DNA of 64,000 bases from Callorhinchus milii (taxonomy: Eukaryota). The stretch lies in contig NW_024704742.1 in assembly GCF_018977255.1 (NCBI RefSeq), forward strand, positions 72,728,001 to 72,792,000. The letters are read 5' to 3'. The notes below the pieces were generated by a model. The model was not told where the DNA came from and made no database searches. It saw nothing but the letters and a program-made list of their open reading frames with translations. Both the position numbers and the translations under genes were made by a program. Positions 1 through 11,671 of the stretch are shown piece by piece. How positions within the stretch are numbered: position 1 is the stretch's first letter; every line of letters starts with the position of its first letter.

Positions 1-999
1 TATATCACTTTTCTTCAATGTATTTGAATAACATAAAGTACTGGCTAGTGGATGTATGCCATCTGAAATGAAACATAAATAAAATATAGTGCTTCTGTCA
101 GCGAATTCAAGAGGGAATTAGCTGGCTACTTGGTGATATGTTCAATTGAGCATATGAGAGGTAGTGCAGTTTTGGAATATTTGTTCTTTTTTTAAAAGAA
201 ATAAATACTTTAGGACTGACCAGATGGACTTCGTACTCATGCTCTACATTCCTATCTTATAATGTTTCCTATTCCTAATGTCATTCCACATTGTTAACTT
301 ATTTTTATTAACCTGCAATGTGTTGTTATTAAATCACCTATTAATCAATATTTGCAGTCCAAGATCTCAAATGTGTATCCGTGCTGTGGGTCTATGTACT
401 GTATTGATATATTACTGTATATCTAAAATATTACTAATTTAACTCCCAAATCAATCCTCTAACAGGAGCTGGCTGTTGAAGTAAAACAGCTAACGATATC
501 TGAGTCACGTACTTATGAAGTAGTCTAGGCAGTGGAGTCTGCAACTCCAGAAAAGAATGAATCTCTCTTAAATGATATTGATCAAAATGGAATAGAACTA
601 GTTTGACTATAGAAGAAGTTTATTGCTATGCTGGTATAATGTGTCTTGTTGCCAGAACAGGTAAATTGTCCTATTTGTGCGATGGTTGTCAGCAGTCCCA
701 GTGGGCATTCTGAGATTGGAGCTTTTGAAATCTGTGACAGAAGTTGTTATATTCTCAACAGGAACAAAATATGGCACATGTCATCTTTATGCCACTGATT
801 CCACAGCATTTATCATTGGGTTATGCCCCTTATCATGAAGGACTTTGATGTGTTAAGTAGGGCACAATGCTGGATAAGCCTAATTCTGCAGATGCATAAA
901 GTTATCCATACACTGAACAATTCCTCTATAATGGTATTAACTAGATACCTTGATTTTACCCGCAAGGTAATGCGGGGATTATGAAGGTGAGTATTAGGG

Positions 1000-1365
1000 T
1001 AATAATAATAATAATACTTGCATGAGATAATTTAACATAGTGCCTTATCACGTCTTCAAAACATGTTTACAACAGAATATACTGTAAAGTGAATTGACTG
1101 TATATTTTGTGGGTGAAACGCGGCAGCCAATTGCACACAGCAGTGTCCCCCAAACAGTCATGGATTGAGTGACAAACTTATTGTTATTAATTGTTTTTGA
1201 AGGAATTATTACCCTCGGAAAAGTGATCTGACAATCAACTAACAACCGGTTCCACTGCTAGGGAAACAGAAGTGTGTGGTGTAACATAACTTTCCCAACG
1301 TTTAGCCCTGCTGTGTATCTCGCTTGCAAGGCGAGTGCTCTAACCATTGAGCTACAGGACTCCAC
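1000..1365 (-). mobile_element. Same SINE family, long variant
   Basis: Reverse-complement match to the 1643 copy plus an internal segment of about 60 nt. Confidence 0.85.
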
Positions 1366-1642
1366 GGGTAGGTACTGCATTGGACATAGCATTTATCAAT
1401 CCACCAGAAGTGGTTAGTAACCTGGAAGTGGATAAAACCTTTGGATGTAGTGATCATTTTATATTGGCTTTGATATGATAATGAAGGATCAGGTTAAGGA
1501 CTTCAGAAGAACAAAGTTTGGGGCCTATGAGAAAAACTCCAGGGAAAATTAAGTGGGAAGCAAAACTACTTAATAAGACCACAAAAAAGATGGATTATTT
1601 TTGAGTCTACTTTAACAAAACAAGATTACTGATCAATAGATG

Positions 1643-1936
1643 AGTAGAGTCCTGTAGCTCAGTGGTTAGAGCACTCGCTTTGCAAGCGGGAGACCTGAGT
1701 TCAATTCCAGGCAGGGCTGGACACGCCTAATAATAATCCCTCCAAAACAAAAACAATAATAAATTGGTCATTTTCAATCTACGACTGTTTGTGGGACATT
1801 GCTGTGCGCAATTGGCTGCCGCGTTCGCCCACAAATATACAGTCAATTCACTTTACAGTGTGTTCTGTGAAGCGCTTTGGGACGTCCTCCCGACGTGAAA
1901 AGCACTATATCAAATGCAAGGATCATTATTATTATT
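1643..1936 (+). mobile_element. tRNA(Ala)-like-headed SINE, short variant, with L2-type tail
   Basis: A box TAGCTCAGTGG, B box GTTCAATTCC, anticodon loop TT-TGC-AA. The 3' end matches the L2 tail and is followed by (ATT)n. Confidence 0.9.
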
Positions 1937-3140
1937 AATAGGCGCTGAGGATTATTATTTTGGAGTTCAATAAATATGAGGCTGTGTCTAAGGACTGGAG
2001 GATAGGAAGGCTGTTTAGAAAAGGGCAACAAAGTCTACATTGTGTACAAAGTCTACGTAATGTAACTCGGCTGTGGCGAAAGCAGTCAATCTAATATTTC
2101 ACAAGATACCAGCAGTATTCACTTAAAGAGAACAAAGGATTGCAGAGGATTATAAAGAGCAGCATGGATTTAAAAACAATAGGGTGTGCCTAACAAATTC
2201 TTAGAATTGAGTGATTGCTTGCACACAATCACTTGAATTTAAGCCATCCCAGATGCCGTCCAGTGTGAACAACAACAACAACAAAATTACATTTGCATGG
2301 TGCCTTTCACATTGGGAGGACGTCCCAAGATGCTGGGAAGAGCGTTATATAAATGCAAGTTGTTGTTGTTGATGCTTAATATGCAGAAGGCATTCAATAT
2401 GTTTCTGCGCATGAGACCTTTTAAAGACAAGTGAATTTTTCTGTGGACAGAAAAATTACTGAAAACCTGTAAATAGATGATTGAAAATTAAGGAATTTAT
2501 TAAACAGGCAGGAAAATTAACACAAGGAGAGCTTACTCATGCTAAAAAACACATATACATGAAAGGCACTCAGCAAATCTAAAGATAGACTCTTTATAAG
2601 TGTAATGAACTCTTCATCACTTGCTGCAATAGAACTGTCCCCAAGGGAGACACTGCAAGTTTCTGTGAGTTTTCAGAGTGTGAAGCATATCCTTGTAACA
2701 TTCCACACAATCAATAGAATTGTACCATAAAGCATTTAACAGGCAAAGGGGAAAATGTAAGGGATGGTCAAGGATAGATTTCCACACACAAATGATTATT
2801 AATTTTGGTTGTCCTGACTCAGTTGAAGCACTCTCACTTCTGAGTCAGAAGGTTGTGGGTTTAAACGCCTCATGGGACTTTTGAGCTTGTACAATCCAGG
2901 CTGGCCCTCCATTTCAGTGCTGGAGGAGCACCGCATTATTGGAGGTGCCATCCTTCAGAGGAGATGTTGAACTGAGATCCCATTTGCCTGTCCCTGTGGA
3001 AGTTAGTGATCCCACAGCACTATTTGAAAAGAGAAAGGAGTTTCTCCCAGTGTCCTGGCCAATAATCCCCCAAATTAAGTTGATCATTCGCTTGACAGTT
3101 TTTCGGGTATTGCTGTGTGCTACTTTAGCCTACAAGATGC

Positions 3141-3926
3141 ACAACAATAACAACAATTGCATTTATATAGCACTTTTCATGTCAGGATGACACCCCAAGG
3201 TGCTGGACAGTGAAGAATTTGCACCTGAGCTGGGGTTGGAGTCAAGAGGGGTGGAAACCAAGAGCGGTGCGGGTGGGGGATAAACACAAGAGCTTCATGA
3301 GATGGGCCAAGGCAAAGGAAGGGCCAAGGTAGAGGGGCTCTGGGGTGGTGTTCCAGAAGATGGGGGTAGAAAGACTGAGGGCCCGACCGTGGGTGATGGA
3401 GTGGACAGGATGGTGGACACAGAACCGAGAGCAGGAAGCAGACAGGTTGGTAATGGTTTAGTAGGTGGCAGAGGTAGGGAGATTGTGGAGGGCTTTAAAA
3501 GTGAGAACGAGGATCTTGACCTCTATCCTCTGGAACCAGTGAAGATGGGTCAGGGTGGAGGTGGTGGTGTCATAGAGCTTAGAGCGGAAGAGGACACGAG
3601 CTGCAGAGTTCTCAATAATCTGCAGCTTGTGGAGGGAAGAGTTAGGCAGTCCGGAAAGCAGAGAGTTGGCGTAGTCGAGTTGGGACATAATGAAATCATG
3701 GATGAGGGTCTCGGCAGCCTGAGGGGAGAGGCAGCGGCAGAAGCAGGCAATTTTACAGAGGTGAGGGAAGGCAGAATAGATCATGGGATTTATATGGGGT
3801 TTAAAAGACAGCTGAGGGTCAAACAAAACACCAAAGTTCCCTACCGATTGGATGAGGTGGAGAGAGCATCCTTGAATAGTGATGCTGTCAGTGCCTGAGG
3901 TGAGGAAGCACTGATGGGAGCCAAGA
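3141..3926 (-). mobile_element. 5'-truncated L2 LINE
   Basis: FDPQLSF...LDYANSLLSGLP...LHW...KILVLTFKALH; (CAA)-type tail at 3141. Confidence 0.88.
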
Positions 3927-3935
3927 AGTTGTCTT

Positions 3936-4047
3936 AAAAATAATCCAGCTTTTTTGTTGTCTTATTAACTAGTACTGCAAAGTGTTCTGGCAATCATACG
4001 CTTTGCAGTACTAATTAATAAGACAACAAATAAGATGGATTATTTTT
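3936..4047. repeat. Long inverted repeat: 50-bp arms, 4 mismatches, 12-nt loop
   Basis: 3936-3985 versus the reverse complement of 3998-4047. Confidence 0.92.
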
Positions 4048-5889
4048 CGGACTACTTTGACAATAAAAGATTACTCATCCATGGGTGCTGAGGGTTATTA
4101 TTTTGGAGTTCAATAAATATGGTATCTGTGTCTAAGGACTAAGGAAATTGTGCATTTTATCCTGTGAAGTCCTTTGAGATGTCCACTTGACATGAAAGGC
4201 ACTATAATAAATATATAAGATCATAATTTTTTAAATTTTATTATAAATTAATAAATACACTGGCATATACTATTGAGATTTCCAATCATTCATAATATAG
4301 CAAAAAGCTATAGGCTAACCAATGTTCATATTCACCTGAATATGCAGAAGGCATTCAATACATTTCTGCTCATGAGATATTTTAAAAATAGTGAATATAT
4401 AATACCCCGTGTGGACAGAAAGAAACTGAAAATGTTCAAAGATGGCAGCTGGGATTTCAGACACAAAACAGATTCAGTGAAGGGACATGACACTATTTGA
4501 AAAGAGAAGAGAGTTTCTCAGAGTATCCAAGCAAACAATTCCCCAGATAAATGTGGTCAATCACTTCATATTGCAAATTGGCTGTATTCACCCACAAAAT
4601 ACACAGTCACTACAGTTTACAGTACAATTTTATGAAATGCTTTGAGATGTTTTGTTGTGTTATATCAAATGAAATGATTATTATTAAAATCTCAAGCCTA
4701 AATTCTATTTCAATTCTTGTTCTAAAGAATTCTTGTTTCCAACTGGCAGCAATCACACTGTGCTCAAACTTTGCTTATTAGCTAAGTGACATTACTTTGT
4801 AAAACTCCCCAACTAGGCTGACAAGGGCTCCTGCATATATTTAGGCGCTACTGAATCAGTCGACCCAAACCAACATCAACTCTTTCAATGTTTGGCTATA
4901 AGAATTTTGGCTCTATATTTTCTCTGATCTTATCCAAATTTGTTGCTTACTCATGAACCCAAACACAGATTGAGAGATTGCTTTGTCAAAACTCAAATTA
5001 ATGGTGTTTGAAAATCTGCTGATGATCCTTAATTATTTTTCAACCCTCTTCCTTATAGAGTCAACAAAGAGCAAGAATCATGCAACATAAATGGCACGAC
5101 CACTAGATAAAGTGCCTTGAAACATGTTTTGATAGTTTCAGCCTGGTTCATGTTGGGACTTGAGCTCAGTCTAGACAGACACTTCAGTACTGCAGTAAGT
5201 GCTGCATTATTGGAGCAGCAGTCCTTTAAAGATTTTAAACCAAGGACCAAATGTGCTTTTGGTGACCTTCCCTCCTCCACCCCCCTTGCCCTCCACCCCT
5301 CTCTGATCCCAAACCGCAGCTCAGGTGCAAACCTCTCAATATCCAAGGCGCTATACAAATGCTATTTGTTGTTATTTCTTGTTTGTGGGACACTGCTATG
5401 CATTGGCTGCCATATTTGTCTACAGATAAAATCACTCTATTTCACAGTAAATTATATGAAGCATTTTGAGACAACCTTCTGACATGATAAGGTGCTAGGT
5501 TAATCAAATAAATATTTATTGACTGAATATTTCTTGGTTTATGGCAGTGGCAGTCAACCTATTTGGTTGGTCACCACTTCCATAAATCAATCTATAACAT
5601 AAATTGTGCTATTTTGTTTTGTCTATGAATATTTTGTTGGTCAAAAAGTTTTGCCACCACTGAGATAGAAATGAAAAGTCCCGCGACACTGTTTGAGAAC
5701 AAAAGTGAGTTTCATTGATCATGGTTCATGGTTGTTTGCGGGATGTGCTATGTGCAAACTAGCTGTTACATTTGCCTACAAATGCACAGTCATTACCTTG
5801 AAAATTACTTGTGAAGCACTCTGAGACATTTCGATGTTATAAAAGCATTAACAAATTCAATGGTATTTATTACAGGATGATCTCTGTTA

Positions 5890-6936
5890 TAACACAATGC
5901 ATCTGAGCTCCTGGGGAAATTAAGGTGGTTAGCATGCCACAAGTTGTCTTGTAAGGATTGTAAGGATCCTCCCACCATGCTGAAGACATATGTCCATCAG
6001 ATAATCAATGAGAAAACTCTGAGGCTTGAGCTGACAACTGTTGAAAGGTGTTACCTGGAGACCAAGGTTGTGTACATACATTCCTACATCCAGGACTTGG
6101 AATTCACCTTGATTGGTTTGCAGAGAAGTAAGCAGCCCCTGCTAAAGCTCTGCACCTCCAACTGATAAAAATATTGCTGGATGGGAAGGGATGTCTGTCC
6201 AAGCTATGGTCAGGAAAATGGTGGCAATGCTCCTATTCGTTTCATGCTGAGTTTTGTTGCCCACCAGGAACCTTACAGGGAGTTCCCGGTACCTGACATC
6301 CACCAAGTGACAGATCAAACCCACATTTGTTGGATGTCAAATAACCAACTAGTGAATATCCTACTTGGGAGGGAGGTAAGTGGTGTCTCCTTGGAGCTGA
6401 ACTGGCTCCAAAGTGACATGTTGGACAAAGGAATATCAGAATCAAGCCAGCGCTCTGTGCCAGTCTCAGTATTCCAGTTCCTGAGCTTGGCAGATCCGCA
6501 GTATTCCAGGGCACTGCTGATGATAGCACAGGCCAACCTGGCTCATCAGTGGGACTTGAAAGGGTAAACCAGTCACTGGGGCCAAGGAGTTGACCCACTC
6601 ACTCTTGTTAACCAGCCAGCCATAATGGGTAGGTTGGTTCTAGCTGGACAAGCAGCTGGAAAGCTTACAAGACAATGCTTTTAATGGCAAGCTTATTTAG
6701 CTGGTGAGACTCCAACAGTACCCTAACACACAGTTTGGGGTACCCAAGCCTTGACTCTCTTGGTTTAGGTAAACAGGGTGTGTCCTTAAAGGGAGAGAGT
6801 GCATAATCCATTCCAGTAAAATGTCTCAAATTTCCATGTGTAGGTAGGATACATGGAATTCTCAGTTTGATTTGGATACTGATAAGCATGGTGATGGGTT
6901 TCTGCATGTGTCAGACACCTGGCTGACCAAGAAAAA
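5890..6936 (+). mobile_element. Unclassified non-LTR retrotransposon 3' portion (longest copy of the hairpin-rich family)
   Basis: One reading frame 5893-6567 with only a TGA-TAA interruption. KLCTSN...GR..CPSYG...FML...H...YREF resembles a decayed LINE C-terminal KLR.S.H.L....GR / CCHC region. Copies share the 3' end GTCAGACACCyrGCTGACC followed by As. Confidence 0.55.
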
Positions 6937-7216
6937 GATAACACAATGGTTTGGCTCCATGAACTAAGGAAGCAAATAAAAAAATGCTCAATATTTCTGG
7001 GCTTGTCAGGACATTGCTGACATCACCTTGTGTGCAATTCATAGGAAGCCAGCCCATCAGTACCAGAAGCTAGAAATGTACTGCGTTACAATATAGGATG
7101 GGTCCACAGTATATCTGTGCAATAAGCAAAGCCTGTGCTAAATAACTAACATGAGAAGTCTGTTTGATAACAAAAAATGTTGTGTCCTAATGTTCTTTCT
7201 TATGTTCTCAAATGTA

Positions 7217-7813
7217 TTTTTTTGGTCAGCTGAGTGTCTGACACATGCGGAAACCCATCACCATGCTTAAGAGTCTCCAAACCAAGCTGAGGTTTCCACG
7301 CATCCTACCTACACATGGAAATCCCAGAGATAGATTGTTGGAATGGAATGCACACTCTCTGCCTGGAGGGACACATCCTAATTCCGGAGACTATTAGGCG
7401 CAGGTTGTCAAGCGCCAAGGCTTGGGGACCCCAGAGTGTGCGTTGGGGTAAGTAACTGCTGAAGTTTAACCTGCTAAAACCACATAGCTAGCCATTGATA
7501 TTGCTGTCCGGCAAGCATTCATGCTGATTGTCAGCTATGACCACCTTATCAGCTTTAGCTTGCAGGGTTAACAGGAGCTGAGTGGGATGACTCCCTGCTC
7601 GCAGTGACTGGTCTGCCCTTCCAGGTCTTACCGATGAGCCAGGCTGGGCTGTGCTCTTATCAGCAGTGCCCTGGAACATTGCGGACCTGCCTGGCTCAGG
7701 AACTGGACTAGAGACCGCCACAGAGGCCTGGCTCGATTCTGACATTCCATTGCCAGGCATGTCTCCTTGGAGCCAGTTCAGCTCCAAGGAGACCCCACTT
7801 ACCTCCCTCCAAG
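7217..7813 (-). mobile_element. Inverted copy of the hairpin-rich element
   Basis: Reverse-complement homology to 6366-6930, with the same 3' end and a T-run. Confidence 0.8.
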
Positions 7814-8690
7814 GAGGATAGTCATTGTAATTAGGCAAATATAGTTTATTTTTATCTACAAAACTCACTATTAAATGTAATAATTAAATGTTAATTATAA
7901 TTATGTTCCACTCTAAAGAAACAGTGGGATTAACAGTAAGTGTTGCACAATTTAAGAAAATACCTGTAGAGAGATGTTTATAGGAACTAATTGACAGTTA
8001 GAATGGAGTAGGGAACTGGAACGTCATTTGATTGAAAAGACCACAGCTGTCCATCTGGCTGGTCTCAAAGTAAAAACACAATTCTACATTACTCTACCCT
8101 ACAAGAACTGCAAGAAAGTCCAGTTCCATACTTTCAGGCATGTCATGCCCAACAACTTGTACATCATTTTAATAGAAATAGCCTGGGTTTATTGCCTCCT
8201 GCCACTCAGGTAGACCTCGCGACTGCTGTTCATCTGTTTCTGATTTTCTGGTCACCATTTTTGCTTTGGAATCATTTTGGTTTACTTGCCCAGTTTTCTA
8301 AAAAGTCCTCCAACTGTTTGAGAGGTTGAACTTGGAGGGTGCCGGGGATTTCAAAAAAAGGTTTTGAAGACATCCCTGATTGTATGTGATTGTACATTGC
8401 AAATCATCAAAGAATGTAGCATCTTGTGAACGTACCATCACATATGCACTGATATGCCCATAGTGTTCAATACCGGTGCTGTACCTGACAGCCGCAATGA
8501 TGGAGCACAGATGCTGCAGTAATGACCAGCTATAGGTCTCTGTGATTGCAAAGTGTTGTCTTCTTCACTCTCCACAGATTAAGGTATTGCCAGTGGGCAA
8601 GTGTCTGAACCAGCACACTCTCATCTCCAATTACATCACTCTCACCCACCTGAATGATCAGACTTCAACTTAAATGCTGGCATGAATGGG

Positions 8691-8743
8691 GACAGCAGTA
8701 TCGAGGAGACAGCAGTATCGAGGAGACAGCAGTATCGAGGAGA
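8691..8743. repeat. Perfect 3x 17-bp tandem repeat GACAGCAGTATCGAGGA
   Basis: Directly visible in the sequence. Confidence 0.95.
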
Positions 8744-11144
8744 TTGCATAGGATGAGTGCCTGGGTAATCAATAGAGGAGGGTTATGATAGAGCCATGCA
8801 AGGAAGGTGACCTTGTACACATCTTCCACCTGAGGGATGCAAGGATGTAGAGCTCTGTGACTATGAAAAAGGAGGGTTTTACAGTACCAATAACAAAGGC
8901 AACACAAAGTGGAAGGCAATTTTGCATGACAATGGAAGACTCTGCTTCTAAAACATGTGCCATCAAGTTAGTAAGGATCCTGCCTGTCCAACCTATGTGG
9001 ATCATCAGTAATGTGTGATCACAAACTTTAGAAGGTTCTCTGCAATCTGAGGTGAATATTATTAAAATAATATCCTGCACAGAATCACATAGAACTGCCA
9101 ATTTACAGGGATGTGAAGAGTTTTAAACACTGTGATAAAAGTCATGAGGGAAGTTTTTTGTCCTTTGTGTAAAGATACTTTAACCTTTGCTGTGATTATA
9201 ATAACAGCCAAAAGGAATCATTGCTTCAAGTCATTTGCCTCTGCTGATGGTCTATCTATACTTTACCAGCTACTCATTTTCCCTCCGACATTGTTGTATT
9301 CTCAGTAAGAGCTGACACAAACCCCAGCATCCGGTGTTATTGTAGTACAAGGAATTACTGATGAGATCTCCATCTCCAGCCAATTTTCCTTCTTATACCG
9401 TATCTCAATATTTTTCATTTCTTCAATCCCTTGTTTATTAAAGTTGTTTTGTGCATACAACCCCTCAGGGGGACAAACATTGCATTGGTTTGTGCTGTTC
9501 TGGTGTTAAGTCATCCTTTAAGTTTAATCCAAGATTATACATTGTGTTTCTTCTATGGCATTAAATTATATTCATTGGGTACAGCCACAGCATCGGTTAT
9601 TTTAGCAAAGACAAGGAGTGGGAAGTTGGAACTTGGTTTCAATCTAAAAGATGGACCACAATCTTAGGCTGTTGGGAGCTTACTTTGTAATCAATAACTT
9701 ACTTTCCATTACCACATGCTACATTTTCTGCCTTTTATTCAATCATATCATATTTATGCTATAAATTATACTGATAGCTGCGGGAGAGGAAAGTGCAATA
9801 TCTTCTCTCAAGGACGCATTTAAATATTATGTGCTGTGTGGGCACTGGGAGTGGTGCTGGTGCTGTATTAGTGGAAATGTTTACCTCATATGTTTTGGAG
9901 TAATTTAGTGACATTTATTTTTTAAGACAGGGAATTTTTCTGGCTGCATTATCATAGTGGTGTTGGGTTTAATGTTACAATAATAAAGCTGTCCTGATGT
10001 TTGAGAAACTTTGATAACTACCAGTATAATTTATAGCATAACTATGTTTTTTTGTGCCGTGGCCAATGGCATAAAAGTACAATTTAGGCATAAACCCGGG
10101 AAAACCCACAAAGTGGAAGGCATAATGTGGCATTTGATATTCCTTTGGTCAGATTTAAGTGACATTACACCATCAAGTGTTGCATATGTTTTGTTTCTTT
10201 ATATAAATCACATGAAGAAAATTATTATGAATTGTTACAAAGTAAGTATTATGGTTATTAAAGTTTGCTGCCTGTCTGGGTTTGATTAGTTTTTGAGTGT
10301 TCTCTGTCCAAAAATTGCTACCATAAAAACTGGGCACCAAAATTCTACTTTTTAATTGTAAAACCTTCGGTAGATTTTTAGAAACTCTTTTCTCCTTGGT
10401 TTACACCTCATGCATTTAACTGTGTAAACACAAGTATGGCAGAATTAAGGTTTCTCAAACATCAGGACAATTTTATTACTATAACATTAACCCAACACCA
10501 CTAATAATAAATGTTAAGACAAGTTCAAATAATAATATATTTTTTAAAAAATCAGTTCTTGTGCCCATTTTACATTTGCTACGATTTCTCCCACTATCAC
10601 ACTTAATGCAAACACTGAATACTCTATCTTTGGGCATTTTCTGTCTTGTCACGTCTTGTAGTTGACAAGCTATAGTCTGTGCAGTCAAATCATAGTCCTG
10701 TGTACCTGGAATGTCTTGTAATTTACTGTCTGACCTTCTAGAGTTGTGTACCTGAAGGACTAACCAGACCAAGTATAATTATCTTACACTAACTAGTCAG
10801 CATCCTGGAATTGAATGTGGTCCTGTGAATGCTAAAAGCTCTCTCTGAATAGTGAAAGTTATCACACGGATCAGTGAATTGAATTCCTGTTTTGTTTGTG
10901 CCGTAGCCAATGGCATAAAAGTGCAATTTGTGCATAAAACCCACAAAGAGGGTAGCATGATATTCAGTATTCCTTTGGTCAAATTTAAGCGATGTTCCAG
11001 CAGTCATGCCAAAACCCATACCCGGTCAATGGGAATCCATGCTCGGCTCCTCCAATTGATGAAACGTACCACTGATTCAACCATAAAGGAACCTCTAGTC
11101 TAGAGTTACCTTGACTCAGTTGTACAGGCACAGTGTAACAGGCA

Positions 11145-11278
11145 TAGGAGATCAGGAGCAGGACACCAGGAGCAGGACACCAGATATAGGACAACAGATA
11201 TAGGACACAAGGTGTAGGACAGCAGGTATAGGACAACATGGGCAGGACAACAGGGGCAGGACAACAGAGGCAGGACCA
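11145..11278. repeat. Degenerate 14-bp minisatellite (YAGGACAMCAGRNN), about 9-10 units
   Basis: AGGACA recurs every 14 nt. Confidence 0.85.
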
Positions 11279-11671
11279 CTGCAAATGAATTACAGTAGCT
11301 CCTTTGAAGATGCCTCAAAGTGCTTTACAGGATTTACTGTAAAGTGTAGTGACTGTATGTATTGTAAGTGACTACGACAACTAATGAGCATTTAGCAATA
11401 TCCCACAAACAGCCATGAAGTTGCGACCAACTTTATTTAGAGGATTATTGACCAGGAGAATCTTCTCTTTTTGATTAGTGGCATGGGATCTATAATGTCC
11501 ATCCAAACAGGCAGACTTGGTTTAATGTTTTATTCAAAAGACAGCATCTCTGACATTGTGATCCACTCCCAGCACTGTATTGGATTGTTAGCCTAGACTG
11601 TGAGTTCAAAGGCCTAACGTAAGATGTGGAGCTTAAACCCACAACCTTCTGACTCAGAGACTTGAGTGCTA

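Noticed and set aside
1648..1717. tRNA-Ala(TGC) gene
   Set aside because: The cloverleaf continues directly into SINE body and tail and recurs in about 10 diverged copies, so it is a SINE head.
3302..3898. 198-aa plus-strand ORF and similar Gly/Arg-rich ORFs
   Set aside because: These are antisense frames of L2 elements, open because of compositional bias.
8691..8743. CRISPR-like array
   Set aside because: Repeats are contiguous with no spacers, and the context is eukaryotic.
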